From NCBI RefSeq assembly GCF_000010065.1, contig NC_006576.1, forward strand, positions 1,200,001-1,232,000: a DNA stretch of 32,000 nt, in the 5' to 3' direction. The notes under the pieces were generated by a model. That model searched no databases, was not told the origin of the DNA, and saw only the letters and a list, made by a program, of their open reading frames with translations. This DNA is from Synechococcus elongatus PCC 6301. GTDB taxonomy: Bacteria; Cyanobacteriota; Cyanobacteriia; Synechococcales; Synechococcaceae. Shown piece by piece: positions 18,690 to 27,956 of this stretch. Position 1 is the first letter of the stretch. The number at the start of each line of letters is the position of its first letter. The translations under genes were made by a program, and so were the position numbers.

Positions 18690-18857
18690 AGACGCTCTGC
18701 ATAATCAGCAGGGGTTAGTTGCTGGATAGAACGATAGTGGTTGTCTAAATTGCCAGGCTGCCTACTATCCTTGGAGCAATTGGTGGGAGTTGCTCCTCCC
18801 GTATCTGCTTAGGTCATTACAAGGAGTCTTCTGGCGCGTATCATTGCCCTGGAATAC

Positions 18858-19130
18858 ATGAAAGCTTTTTGCTGGGACGCAGAGAAAAATAAGCAGTTAA
18901 AAGCTGAACGTGGTGTGCAGTTTGAGCAAGTAGTCCTTGCAATTCAGCAAGGCCAGCTTCTTGATATTCTTCAGCATCACAATCCTGAAAAATATCCGCA
19001 TCAACGTATTTTTATTGTCAAGTTCAACAACTATATCTACTGTGTTCCTTTTATTGAAGACGATCAAACAATTTTCCTTAAAACGATTATCCCCAACCGA
19101 AAAATGACAAAGAGATATCGAGGCTCTTAA
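18858..19130 (+). CDS. BrnT-like type II toxin
   Basis: MKAFCWDAEKNKQLKAERGVQFEQVVLAIQQGQLLDILQHHNPEKYPHQRIFIVKFNNYIYCVPFIEDDQTIFLKTIIPNRKMTKRY; BrnT-family layout, paired with a downstream small ORF. Confidence 0.7.
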   Translation: MKAFCWDAEKNKQLKAERGVQFEQVVLAIQQGQLLDILQHHNPEKYPHQRIFIVKFNNYIYCVPFIEDDQTIFLKTIIPNRKMTKRYRGS

Positions 19131-19131
19131 C

Positions 19132-19416
19132 ATGAATAACCATGCTCGATCGGAAGAAGAAATCTTGATTCAATCGATAGAGTCGGGTGAGTGGCATTCA
19201 GTGGATTCACTCAGCTCAGAGATTAAACGCTATCAAAATTATGCCCAAGCACAATCAGAAACAGAAATAAAAGTTACTCTAAGCCTGTCTGAGGTTCATC
19301 AACTTCAAGCAACAGCAGAGCAGCTAGAGACATCAGTATCAGAACTGATCGCCCAAGCAGTCCGCCGTTATCTTCACGTCGATACAGTTGTTAGGGATCC
19401 AGCAATCTCTGATTAA
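19132..19416 (+). CDS. Cognate antitoxin (BrnA/CopG-like)
   Basis: Starts 1 nt after the toxin ORF; C-terminal EIKVTLSLSEVHQLQATAEQLETSVSELIAQAVRRYL resembles a ribbon-helix-helix domain. Confidence 0.65.
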   Translation: MNNHARSEEEILIQSIESGEWHSVDSLSSEIKRYQNYAQAQSETEIKVTLSLSEVHQLQATAEQLETSVSELIAQAVRRYLHVDTVVRDPAISD

Positions 19417-19458
19417 TATTTCCACTCGGCATTCCTACGGACTTGAGATAATTGTTGA

Positions 19459-20112
19459 TCATTTCAAGAGACTATTTCTGGCTAGAGAAGAGAATAAAGC
19501 CGTAACTTTCTCCAGATCCTTATCACCGGGCGATCGCTCAACACCACTGGAGAGATCAATACCAGCGGGGTGAAGCTGGGATAGCGCGGTCGTGATGTTC
19601 TCAGGTGTTAGACCACCTGCAAGCAGCCAAGGGCGAGAGGGTTGAAAGGCTTGCAATGCCTGCCAATCCAAGGTTGCACCAGTCCCTCCCAGCATCTGAG
19701 GGTGGTAGGCATCGAGCAGCAGCGTGTCTACGCAGTCTGTAAAGGACTCTGCCAGCGCCAAGTCAGCGGTTGAGCGAATTCGTAGGGCTTTGATCAATTC
19801 CAATGCAGGGAAGCGATCGCGCCAACGCTGACTGTCTGCTAGGGTTTCATCGCCATGGAGTTGAAGGCTGGTGATTCCCGCAGCCACGTAGGCTTCTAGT
19901 TCTTCAGCCGTGGCATTGGCAAACACACCGACACGATTGACGGTCGGATGGGTCTTCTGCAAAGCCTGAGCAATCTCAGCGACTTGGGCAGGGGAAACAT
20001 AGCGGGGTGACTGCCGTACCGCAATGAAGCCGATCGCCGTTGCGCCCAGATCGGCGATCGCGATCGCTTGTTGAGGATCGCGCAGTCCGCAGATTTTAAT
20101 GCGTAGGCCCAT
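19459..20112 (-). CDS. trpF: Phosphoribosylanthranilate isomerase
   Basis: IKICGLRDPQQAIAIADLGATAIGFIAVRQSPRYVSP, VGVFANATAEELEAYVAAGITSLQLHGDE, LLLDAYHPQMLGGTGATLDWQAL, PWLLAGGLTPENI. Confidence 0.95.
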   Translation of the reverse strand: MGLRIKICGLRDPQQAIAIADLGATAIGFIAVRQSPRYVSPAQVAEIAQALQKTHPTVNRVGVFANATAEELEAYVAAGITSLQLHGDETLADSQRWRDRFPALELIKALRIRSTADLALAESFTDCVDTLLLDAYHPQMLGGTGATLDWQALQAFQPSRPWLLAGGLTPENITTALSQLHPAGIDLSSGVERSPGDKDLEKVTALFSSLARNSLLK

Positions 20113-20208
20113 GGTGCATTGGCAGTTTGTTAAGTATTGGCAAGCCTTGCGTCAGGCAGGCAGCCTGATTCTTATCATGCTGGCTAGCTGAAACGAGGAG
20201 AAGAGTCG

Positions 20209-20451
20209 ATGAACCCAACCACGGTGGAATGGAACGCCAATGTCGCCGCAATCATGATCACCGCCAACCTGTTTGCGATCGCGATCGGCTACTTTGCCAT
20301 CCGCAACCGCGGCGTGGGCCCGGCATTACCGGTGCCGCTACCCGCAATTTTTAGTGGTTTTGGTCTGCCCGAGTTATTGGCAACCGCCAGCTTTGGCCAT
20401 CTACTGGGTGCTGGTTTCGTCCTAGGACTAGCCCAAGCAGGCTTGCTCTAG
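20209..20451 (+). CDS. psaK: Photosystem I reaction center subunit PsaK
   Basis: 80 aa, two TM segments: VAAIMITANLFAIAIGYFAIRNRGVGPALPVPLPAIFSGFGLPELLATASFGHLLGAGFVLGL. Confidence 0.88.
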   Translation: MNPTTVEWNANVAAIMITANLFAIAIGYFAIRNRGVGPALPVPLPAIFSGFGLPELLATASFGHLLGAGFVLGLAQAGLL

Positions 20452-20525
20452 GGACAGTGGGGGAACGGGATTGAGCAAGAGGCAGCCTGTTTCCCCGATT
20501 CAGTTCTTAAGCCTGACGAAGCGCA

Positions 20526-20927
20526 CTAGCGCATCAGCTGCATTAGCTGGGTTTGAACGCGATTTTTGAGGGTCGGATTACTGTTTTGCATCTTCCGAAT
20601 TTCGATGAAGCGGCTGGGGCTCAGGCCATTGCGATCGAGGATTTGGGCCGACTGGCGACAAAACTGCTCAAATGATCGGCGCACGCTCGGCTCGTACTGC
20701 TGCCAAACATCCCGCTGATGACACCGCAGGGAGGGCACCGCTGACTGCCCCAGCTTGTCACGAATATCATTGAGTGTTGTCTGTCGCAGTTGCTCAATTT
20801 CCAGCGCAGACCGCGCAAAACTATCGATTTCCTCAGGGCTCGGAAAATCATCAGCTCGGGCGGCTAGCGGCATGAGCCAGACCGCAAGCACGAGCGGTAG
20901 CAAGGACTTGTACCAGTGATGAATCAT
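20526..20927 (-). CDS. Exported protein, DUF4168-like
   Basis: Signal peptide MIHHWYKSLLPLVLAVWLMPLAARA; IDSFARSALEIEQLRQTTLNDI...LSPSRFIEIRKMQNSNPTLKNRVQTQL matches the DUF4168 pattern. Confidence 0.62.
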   Translation of the reverse strand: MIHHWYKSLLPLVLAVWLMPLAARADDFPSPEEIDSFARSALEIEQLRQTTLNDIRDKLGQSAVPSLRCHQRDVWQQYEPSVRRSFEQFCRQSAQILDRNGLSPSRFIEIRKMQNSNPTLKNRVQTQLMQLMR

Positions 20928-21011
20928 AGAGCCGAAATTACCGTAGCAGTCTCTTGGGGCGTTGCTGACCTAGTTCTATTGAAGCGGGGAGTCTGGGAAA
21001 AGTTCCGTCCG

Positions 21012-22010
21012 CTACAGACGCGATCGCGGGGGTTGGCAGCATTGGCAAAGGGCAATCACTTGGGATTGTAAATGCCCAAGCGGATCCGCTCCCTGCTTGA
21101 GCCCAAATTCGAGGTCGAGCAAGAGGGGCAAGGTTTGCTGTAGCTGACGACTGGTGAGCGATCGCACTTCTTGCAAAACAAAATGGACACGCTTGGGATT
21201 TCCAATTCCCGCTGCCGTGGCGATCGCTTGCGGATCTCGTTCTCCCCGCTCCTGCAGCAGTTTGACCCAGAGCCACATGCGGAATTGACCAATCAGCGTG
21301 GCACTGATCCGCAGCGCTGGTTCGTTGCTAGCGATCAAGTCACTGACCAAGCTAAGGGCGCGATCGCAGTCCCCTTGGCGAATGGCAGCTGCCAGTTGCA
21401 AGCTGTTTTGAGTCGTTGTGCTGACTAGGGCTTGGACTATGCGGGCTGTCACTGGCTCTGAGCGATCGCCTTGGAAGAGTTTCAGCTTTTCCAGTTCGCT
21501 GTAGAGCTGGCGGGTTTGATTGCCCACCGCTGCCGCCAAACAAGCCACTGCCTCGCGATCTAAACGGACGCCGACCTCATGGGCAACTTGGACAACCTGT
21601 TGCTCGAGCGCCTCACCGCGCCAAGGAGGAATGGGGGAGAACTCCTTCAGTTCCGCAACTTTTTGCAGTAGCTTAGTGGATTTCAGTCGGCCATTTGGCT
21701 TACCCGTACTGCTGAACAGCAACACCGTTGTCTCGGGCATTTGGGGCAAGGTGCGAGTCAGCTCGGCATAGACCGCATCGGAACATTGCTGGGCCAAGGG
21801 CGTTTCCGGCAGCCAGATGAAGCGTTGCCCCGCCCCAAAGGGTGGCGTTAGTGCTAGCGACAGAGCAACCAGCACCCCATCTGCTTGTTCTGGGGGAATC
21901 CGCTCGCTGTTAAAACTCGCCCACATTGGATCTACGCTGCGATCGCGCAACTTTTCCACCGCTTGTCGCAGGGCGAATTCATCTTCTCCCCAAAAGTAGT
22001 AAACAGGCAT
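21012..22010 (-). CDS. holA: DNA polymerase III delta subunit
   Basis: MPVYYFWGEDEFALRQAVEKL...TVLLFSSTGKPNGRLKSTKLLQK...LAAAVGNQTRQLYSELEKLKLF...NEPALRISATLIGQFRMWLWVKLL. ATG at 22010. Confidence 0.88.
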   Translation of the reverse strand: MPVYYFWGEDEFALRQAVEKLRDRSVDPMWASFNSERIPPEQADGVLVALSLALTPPFGAGQRFIWLPETPLAQQCSDAVYAELTRTLPQMPETTVLLFSSTGKPNGRLKSTKLLQKVAELKEFSPIPPWRGEALEQQVVQVAHEVGVRLDREAVACLAAAVGNQTRQLYSELEKLKLFQGDRSEPVTARIVQALVSTTTQNSLQLAAAIRQGDCDRALSLVSDLIASNEPALRISATLIGQFRMWLWVKLLQERGERDPQAIATAAGIGNPKRVHFVLQEVRSLTSRQLQQTLPLLLDLEFGLKQGADPLGHLQSQVIALCQCCQPPRSRL

Positions 22011-22162
22011 GGCAGCCGCCAGATGATGCCGCGATCGCGAGGTCAATCCTGATCCCGACCTTCACTCTAAAGGCTGAGCGCCCAGCCCTTGACGTTCCTG
22101 CCCTACGCTCGTCGACCGCAATCGCGGTGCTAGGATCAGCGCCTGTCAGCGCTTCATCGATC

Positions 22163-23285
22163 ATGGACACGCTTGAGATTAAACGTCAGCACGAACCGCT
22201 CCGTAGCCGCCTGAGCCACGCTCAGGACTATCTTTGACGTTCCTGCCCTACAAGCGCGGATTCAAGATTTAGAACAAGAAGCAGCGCAACCTGACTTTTG
22301 GGATAACCAGGCCACAGCGCAGAAAATTCTCAAGCAGCTTGATGACTGCAAAAGCCAAGTTCAGCGACTGGTGGACTGGCAACAACTCGACGCCGATATC
22401 ACCGCCATTCTGGAGTTGCTGGCGATTGAGCCCGACCCTGCCCTATTTGAAGAAGCGGAAACCAACGTCCAGCGACTGCAGCGCGAGCTGGATCAGTGGG
22501 AACTACAGCAACTGCTATCGGGCCCTTATGATGCTGAGGGAGCGATCCTCTCGATTAACGCTGGGGCTGGCGGCACCGATGCCCAAGACTGGGCCGAGAT
22601 GTTGCTGCGGATGTATACCCGCTGGGCCGAAGACCAAGGCTACAAGGTACGGATTACCGAGCTGTCCGAAGGGGAGGAAGCGGGCATTAAATCGGTCACC
22701 TTGGAGATTGAGGGCAAGTACGCCTACGGCTATCTCAAAGCCGAGAAGGGGACCCATCGCCTCGTCCGCATTTCTCCCTTCAACGCTAACGACAAGCGCC
22801 AGACCAGCTTTGCTGGGGTAGAGGTGATGCCGGTGCTCGACACTGATATCGACCTGGAGATTCCTGAGAAAGACCTCGAGATCACCACCTCCCGCGCCGG
22901 TGGCAAAGGCGGCCAGAACGTCAACAAAGTCGAGACCGCCGTGCGGATTGTTCACCTGCCGACGGGCCTCGCAGTACGCTGTACCGAAGAGCGATCGCAG
23001 CTGCAGAACAAAGAGAAAGCCCTGGTCATTCTCAGGGCGAAATTACTGGTCGTTTTGCAGGAACAGAAAGCCAAGGAAGTCGCGGAAATTCGCGGCGATA
23101 TGGTGGAAGCAGCCTGGGGCAATCAAATTCGCAACTACGTCTTCCATCCCTATCAGCTGGTTAAGGATCTCCGAACTGGCGTAGAAACCAAGGCGATCGC
23201 CGATGTGATGAATGGCGACCTCAATCCCTTTATCCAGGCCTATCTGCGCCAAGATAACCAAATGTTGATCGAAACCACTGTCTAA
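22163..23285 (+). CDS. prfB: Peptide chain release factor 2 with +1 programmed frameshift at CTT-TGA-C (22232-22238)
   Basis: Frame 0: ATG at 22163, [24 protein letters not shown] then TGA (22235-22237). The +1 frame continues from GAC at 22236, in phase with the ORF at 22371: [55 protein letters not shown] (GGQ). Confidence 0.95.
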
Positions 23286-23302
23286 GGATCTGGATTGCAG
23301 CG

Positions 23303-23482
23303 ATGACAACGCCTGACTCACCGCCGGAAACAACGACTGCCTCGGCGCCAGCCAGAGATAGCTATGTCAAACTCGCCATGCGCAACATGGTACGGAAGGG
23401 ACGCAAGTCGCTCTTTCACTTTGGCCTGACGACCCTAGGCTTGATAGGTTTACTGGTTGGTTTGGCTTACCTGACGCGCTGA
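23303..23482 (+). CDS. Small membrane protein, DUF3285 family
   Basis: Hand translation (59 aa, below the track cutoff): [59 protein letters not shown]. Lies between prfB and ybeY. Confidence 0.75.
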   Translation: MTTPDSPPETTTASAPARDSYVKLAMRNMVRKGRKSLFHFGLTTLGLIGLLVGLAYLTR

Positions 23483-23483
23483 C

Positions 23484-24008
23484 GTGGCTTTACTAGACCT
23501 CACGGTGCAGATGGCCTGCAGCGATCGCCTGCCGGATTTGCCTTGGCAAGATTGGCTCGATCGCTGGTTGACAGATATCCAGCCACAGCTACCAGAAGAT
23601 TGGCAGGCCCCTACCTACGAAGCCTGCCTGCGCTTTGTCGATGATGCAGAAATTCAGCAACTCAATCGCGATTATCGCCAGCTGGATAAACCCACGGATG
23701 TTCTCGCTTTTGCTGCCCTAGAAGATGAGCTAGCGCTGGGTTTCGATCCTGAGGAGCCGCTCTATCTGGGCGACGTGATTATTTCAGTACCAACGGCTCA
23801 ACGCCAAGCCCAAGGCCATGCCCTAGAGACAGAACTGGTCTGGCTGAGTGCCCATGGCCTGCTCCATCTCCTGGGTTGGGATCACCCCAATGAAGAGCAG
23901 CTAGCCGCGATGCTGACGCAACAAGAGCGTTGGTTACAATTGGTGGCGGTTCCAGTGCCACCCCGCTGGTTGGATGAAGTCAGCCAACCCCCATCATCGG
24001 AGCCTTAA
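23484..24008 (+). CDS. ybeY: Endoribonuclease YbeY
   Basis: [19 protein letters not shown]...[17 protein letters not shown]...[23 protein letters not shown] (HGxLHLxGYDH motif). Confidence 0.95.
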
Positions 24009-25187
24009 GCTGTGATCGCCGATCGCTCAACTGGCTCGGCTGCAATCATCAAGGGCACCGGTCAGCGCATCACTGCACCGGACAGCTAAAGTACGTCCCT
24101 GGATTAAAGCCCTGAGTTGAGGGTGTAGGGTCACCCCTGCTCTGGCGGATTTCTGAAGCTCTGTTTTTCCGTCACCGTGGTTAAGAGCAGGCAATTTCAC
24201 TGTTATTGCGGTGAAATTTGTCCATTCACAATGTAAGAAAGGGAATCAAAATAATCGAAAGGGGTCCTCATATCCAAACTGTTATCGCAGCAGGGAATTG
24301 TGGGCTGAGGCTCGCGAGGAATAATATCGTCAGGTCAACGGTTCTACCCCGTCTGTGACCTGATTTTACTGCAATATAGCCTTAGCTCAATCAATTCACT
24401 TTATCAACACGAGGGTAGAGCAACTCTTGCAGGGCACAATCGCCTAAGCCTCAGCTAAAAGCACAAATAAATTGATGACTGTCGAGAACAGTAGCAATCA
24501 TAGGTTTCAGATTATATCCTGATTTCACAAACTCCTTTTGACTCGAACAAGAGCCTGAGCAGTTGCCGATCTCAACAGACATTTAGGTGCCTGATAGCCA
24601 TCAATTTTCCTAGCCAAAAAATTGTAATTTTCGTGGCAGTGAGTGTCTAATACAATATCGGCAATCAGCATTGAATACCCACTAGAAATCACTATCAAGA
24701 TGCCATTTCTGAGACAGCCTGTGATGAATATCTTTCATAGCCTTTTCCCTAGGTGAAATCCGTCTCAGGCTGGGACTTTCAAGACTGGATTTTCTAGAGA
24801 TTAGCTAATGCAAAATAGCTCATGCCTGCCAAGATTAAATAGAGAGATCCAGCGGTAGGGGCTACAAATCGTTGAATTCAATAGACTGAACAGCTCTTTG
24901 CTTTCAATTGCCGATTAGCGATCGCTGCCATAGCCAAATGGGATTGAGCTGCTGAATTAGGAGTGCCCCTGTTACCTAGAGCATCCCTCACAAGATTTGG
25001 GAAAACGAGGCAGGAGAGCCAGTTTCCCTGCTTGCCAAGATAGGGTTTATTCAAGTTCTGGATGTTCTCTTGACCTAGCTGCGGGGCAGGCTGATTGAAT
25101 GCCAACCGAGGCGATCGAGCCATCACCTCTGGGGACAATCGCGGGAGAATGTCACACTGTGCACAATGGCTGTCTAGGGAGGCCTAC

Positions 25188-25634
25188 ATGCCCGACACTC
25201 AACTGCCTCCGAGTCGTCTGGAGGCCAATCTAGCTCGAAGCCGCGGCTATGCTTGGCGGATTGCGCCAAACCTCTTCAGTAGCTTCCGCTATGCCGGCAT
25301 GGGCGTGAGCTACGCGTTCCAAACCCAGCGCAACTTTCGGATCCATGTAGTCCTTGGCGCGATCGCCGTTGGGTTAGCGTTCGGTTTGGGGCTCAGCGCC
25401 ACCGATCGCGCGATCGTGACCCTCACAGTGGCTGCCGTGCTGGTGATGGAACTACTCAACACAGCCTTGGAATCCGTTGTCGATCTCACAGTCGAGCAGA
25501 GATATCACGAACTGGCTCGCATCGCTAAAGATTGTTCTGCTGGTGCGGTCCTAATCGCCGCGATCGCCGCTGTCCTCGTGGCCGCAACCTTGCTCCTGCC
25601 GCCGCTCTGGCTTCGTCTCAGCCTCTTGTGGTGA
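25188..25634 (+). CDS. dgkA: Diacylglycerol kinase family protein
   Basis: ATG at 25188: [61 protein letters not shown]...[43 protein letters not shown]. Confidence 0.92.
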   Translation: MPDTQLPPSRLEANLARSRGYAWRIAPNLFSSFRYAGMGVSYAFQTQRNFRIHVVLGAIAVGLAFGLGLSATDRAIVTLTVAAVLVMELLNTALESVVDLTVEQRYHELARIAKDCSAGAVLIAAIAAVLVAATLLLPPLWLRLSLLW

Positions 25635-25698
25635 GCACTCACCGGAATGGAGCCGCAGATCGTACGCTGGAAAGGACTGTTATTCCCGGATCGTCGCT

Positions 25699-26301
25699 GT
25701 GCTGCTCGTCATCGATAACTACGACAGCTTCACCTACAACCTCGTCCAATATTTGGGCGAACTGGCCAGCGACTATGCGATCGCCCAAGAAATTGTGGTG
25801 CATCGCAACGATCAAATTGATCTGGCCGGAATTGCAGCACTCAAACCAGATGCGATCGTGATTTCGCCTGGCCCGGGCCGTCCTGAGGATGCAGGCATTT
25901 CCATGGCCGCGATCGCTGAATTTGGTCCAACCACACCGATTCTGGGCGTTTGTCTGGGTCATCAAAGTATTGGGCAGGTCTACGGCGGTCAGATTGTTTC
26001 TGCGCCAGAGCTGATGCATGGCAAAACCTCACCCGTGCTGCATCACGATGTCGGCGTTTTTCAGGGGCTCGACAATCCAATCACGGCAACTCGCTATCAC
26101 AGCTTGGTGATCGATCGCGATAGCTGTCCAGCAGACCTCGAAGTAACCGCTTGGGTGGAAGACGGCACCATCATGGGGGTTCGGCACCGTCAATATCCTC
26201 ATGTGGAAGGCGTCCAGTTTCACCCAGAAAGCGTGCTCACCCAATCTGGCAAGCGGATGTTGGCAAACTTTTTAGCCAAAGTGCCGTCTCCTGAATGCTA
26301 G
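25699..26301 (+). CDS. trpG: Anthranilate/aminodeoxychorismate synthase component II
   Basis: [63 protein letters not shown] (GATase catalytic Cys/His/Glu). Confidence 0.93.
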   Translation: MLLVIDNYDSFTYNLVQYLGELASDYAIAQEIVVHRNDQIDLAGIAALKPDAIVISPGPGRPEDAGISMAAIAEFGPTTPILGVCLGHQSIGQVYGGQIVSAPELMHGKTSPVLHHDVGVFQGLDNPITATRYHSLVIDRDSCPADLEVTAWVEDGTIMGVRHRQYPHVEGVQFHPESVLTQSGKRMLANFLAKVPSPEC

Positions 26302-26334
26302 GCTCTTAGCCGTGTCTGTGGCGGGTGTGAATTC

Positions 26335-27087
26335 GTGAAGCGTCGTCAGTTTTTGCAAGCAGCGGGCTGGGGAAGTTTGGGGGCGATCGCCACAACTTTG
26401 CCCCGAATTGCTGAGGCCCAAGCTAGTTCCCTGCAAATTCAATCCTTTGGCCACAGTTGCTTCCGCTTCACGGGTGGCGGCCTGCCCGCGATCGTTGTCA
26501 ATCCCTTTAAGCCAGGTGGCTGCACCGCAGGTTTACCGCTGCCTCGGCAGTCAGCAGGCGTTGTGCTAATCAGTAGTCGTTTGCTGGATGAAGGCTACGC
26601 CGAAGCCATTACAGGTAATCCTCGCATTCTCTTTGAAGCGGGCGTCTATCGGCTGGGTTCGTTGCAGATTCAAGGGGTGAAATTGCCCCACGATCGCCTC
26701 GGGGGTCGCCGCTTTGGCAATAACGTCGCTTGGGGCTGGTCTCAAGCGGGATTATCAATCCTGCATCTAGGCGGTGCGGCTGCCCCGATCACCATCGAGA
26801 ACCAAATCCTGTTGGGTAGTCCTGACGTACTGTTGATCCCTGTCGGCGGTAGCCCCAAGAGCTACAACCCAGAAGAGGCTAAAGCCACGATCGAGTTGCT
26901 CAAACCTCGATTGATTATTCCGACCCAATACCGCACCAGTGCAGCGAATAAGGACAGCTGCGAGTTGGGGCCGCTACAACCATTCCTCGAACTGATGCAG
27001 GGCACACCCGTTCAACGTCCGGGCAGTACTGTCACGCTACAGAAGGCCAGCATCCCGAAAACCGGCTCGCGAATCATTGTGCTGTAG
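26335..27087 (+). CDS. MBL-fold metal-dependent hydrolase with Tat-like signal
   Basis: GTG start; MKRRQFLQAAGWGSLGAIATTLPRIAEAQASSLQIQSFGHSCFRFTGGG...ILHLGGAAAPITIENQILLGSPDVLLIPVGG. Confidence 0.75.
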   Translation: MKRRQFLQAAGWGSLGAIATTLPRIAEAQASSLQIQSFGHSCFRFTGGGLPAIVVNPFKPGGCTAGLPLPRQSAGVVLISSRLLDEGYAEAITGNPRILFEAGVYRLGSLQIQGVKLPHDRLGGRRFGNNVAWGWSQAGLSILHLGGAAAPITIENQILLGSPDVLLIPVGGSPKSYNPEEAKATIELLKPRLIIPTQYRTSAANKDSCELGPLQPFLELMQGTPVQRPGSTVTLQKASIPKTGSRIIVL

Positions 27088-27361
27088 CCAGCAGTCCGCA
27101 AGCAGATTAGGACAATCTAGTTCTGGGCTGGTGTAGAGTCAACAGCCTCTATCCGTGGGGGTGATTGCGCCCCCCATACATCCACCGGGAGACTCGACAC
27201 CCCCAGTTCCTTTCAACAAGATTGCAGTTGAGACTTGCAGCAGCGATCGCTACCGGTAAAACTAGCTGGTCCTGACCATGGGTTAGAGGTTAATCGGCTC
27301 AGGCAACAACGTCCTAACATATTTGCCCTATGCAAGCAGATTAAGCCCCACAGCCAGCAAA

Positions 27362-27391
27362 AAGCAGTCCAACCCAACGGAAGGACTGCTT
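27362..27391 (-). terminator. Intrinsic terminator downstream of the DUF4079 gene
   Basis: AAGCAGTCC (27362-27370) / GGACTGCTT (27383-27391), T-run on the minus strand. Confidence 0.75.
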
Positions 27392-27431
27392 AAAAGCGAC
27401 CTGATTGAATTGCGATCGCGGCGATTCGGCT

Positions 27432-27890
27432 CTAGTGGCGAGCGATGATGCGCTGCACAATATCCATTCCCGTGACAGCCTGCCAAGCAAACAGGCCAAC
27501 AATCACGGTGTTGAGGGCGATGTGGGTGCCCCGCGCTAGCTCATTACCTTTTTGCATGAATGGGGACAGCGCTGCGGAAATAGCGATCAAACCGGCCATG
27601 CCCAAACCGGCCAGTAAGTGAGGGCCAACAAACAACTTGCCGTTATTGATGTAGGTGACAGCCATGCCGCCCACAGTCCCTAAGACCATCAAGGCGAGAA
27701 TGAGTGAGCCCCACTGGAAGTGCTTTTGATTCACTTTGGCTTGAATCAGTTTCTTTTTCTCTTCCCCAGTCGCCGACCGCAGTTGGCGCACTTGGAAGCC
27801 GAGATAGCCCGCATAGAGGCTGACTCCCAGCAAAATCCACATCAATAGTGGATGGCCAAAGTTGAGATAAAACTTGAGTTCGTCTGACAT
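27432..27890 (-). CDS. DUF4079 family membrane protein
   Basis: 152 aa with several TM segments: MSDELKFYLNFGHPLLMWILLGVSLYAGYLGFQVRQLRSA...ALMVLGTVGGMAVTYINNGKLFVGPHLLAGLGM. Confidence 0.78.
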   Translation of the reverse strand: MSDELKFYLNFGHPLLMWILLGVSLYAGYLGFQVRQLRSATGEEKKKLIQAKVNQKHFQWGSLILALMVLGTVGGMAVTYINNGKLFVGPHLLAGLGMAGLIAISAALSPFMQKGNELARGTHIALNTVIVGLFAWQAVTGMDIVQRIIARH

Positions 27891-27956
27891 GGCGTGTTCT
27901 CCTCGCCGGGCTAGGACAGGCTACTGCCTGCTCGGCAGCAAAGGTCTTCACAAATC

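Noticed and set aside
22163-22371. prfB as a frameshift-inactivated pseudogene
   Set aside because: The canonical CTT-TGA-C site and exact phase into the +1 frame show programmed frameshifting rather than decay.
22339-22955. Overlapping ORFs on both strands within prfB (22339-22821 +, 22515-22955 -)
   Set aside because: Alternative frames of prfB; the real RF2 frame has the GGQ motif and is continuous after the frameshift.
24301-24360. Possible tRNA-like sequence (GGTTCTACCCC) in the ybeY-dgkA gap
   Set aside because: Could not build acceptor, D, anticodon and T stems around it.
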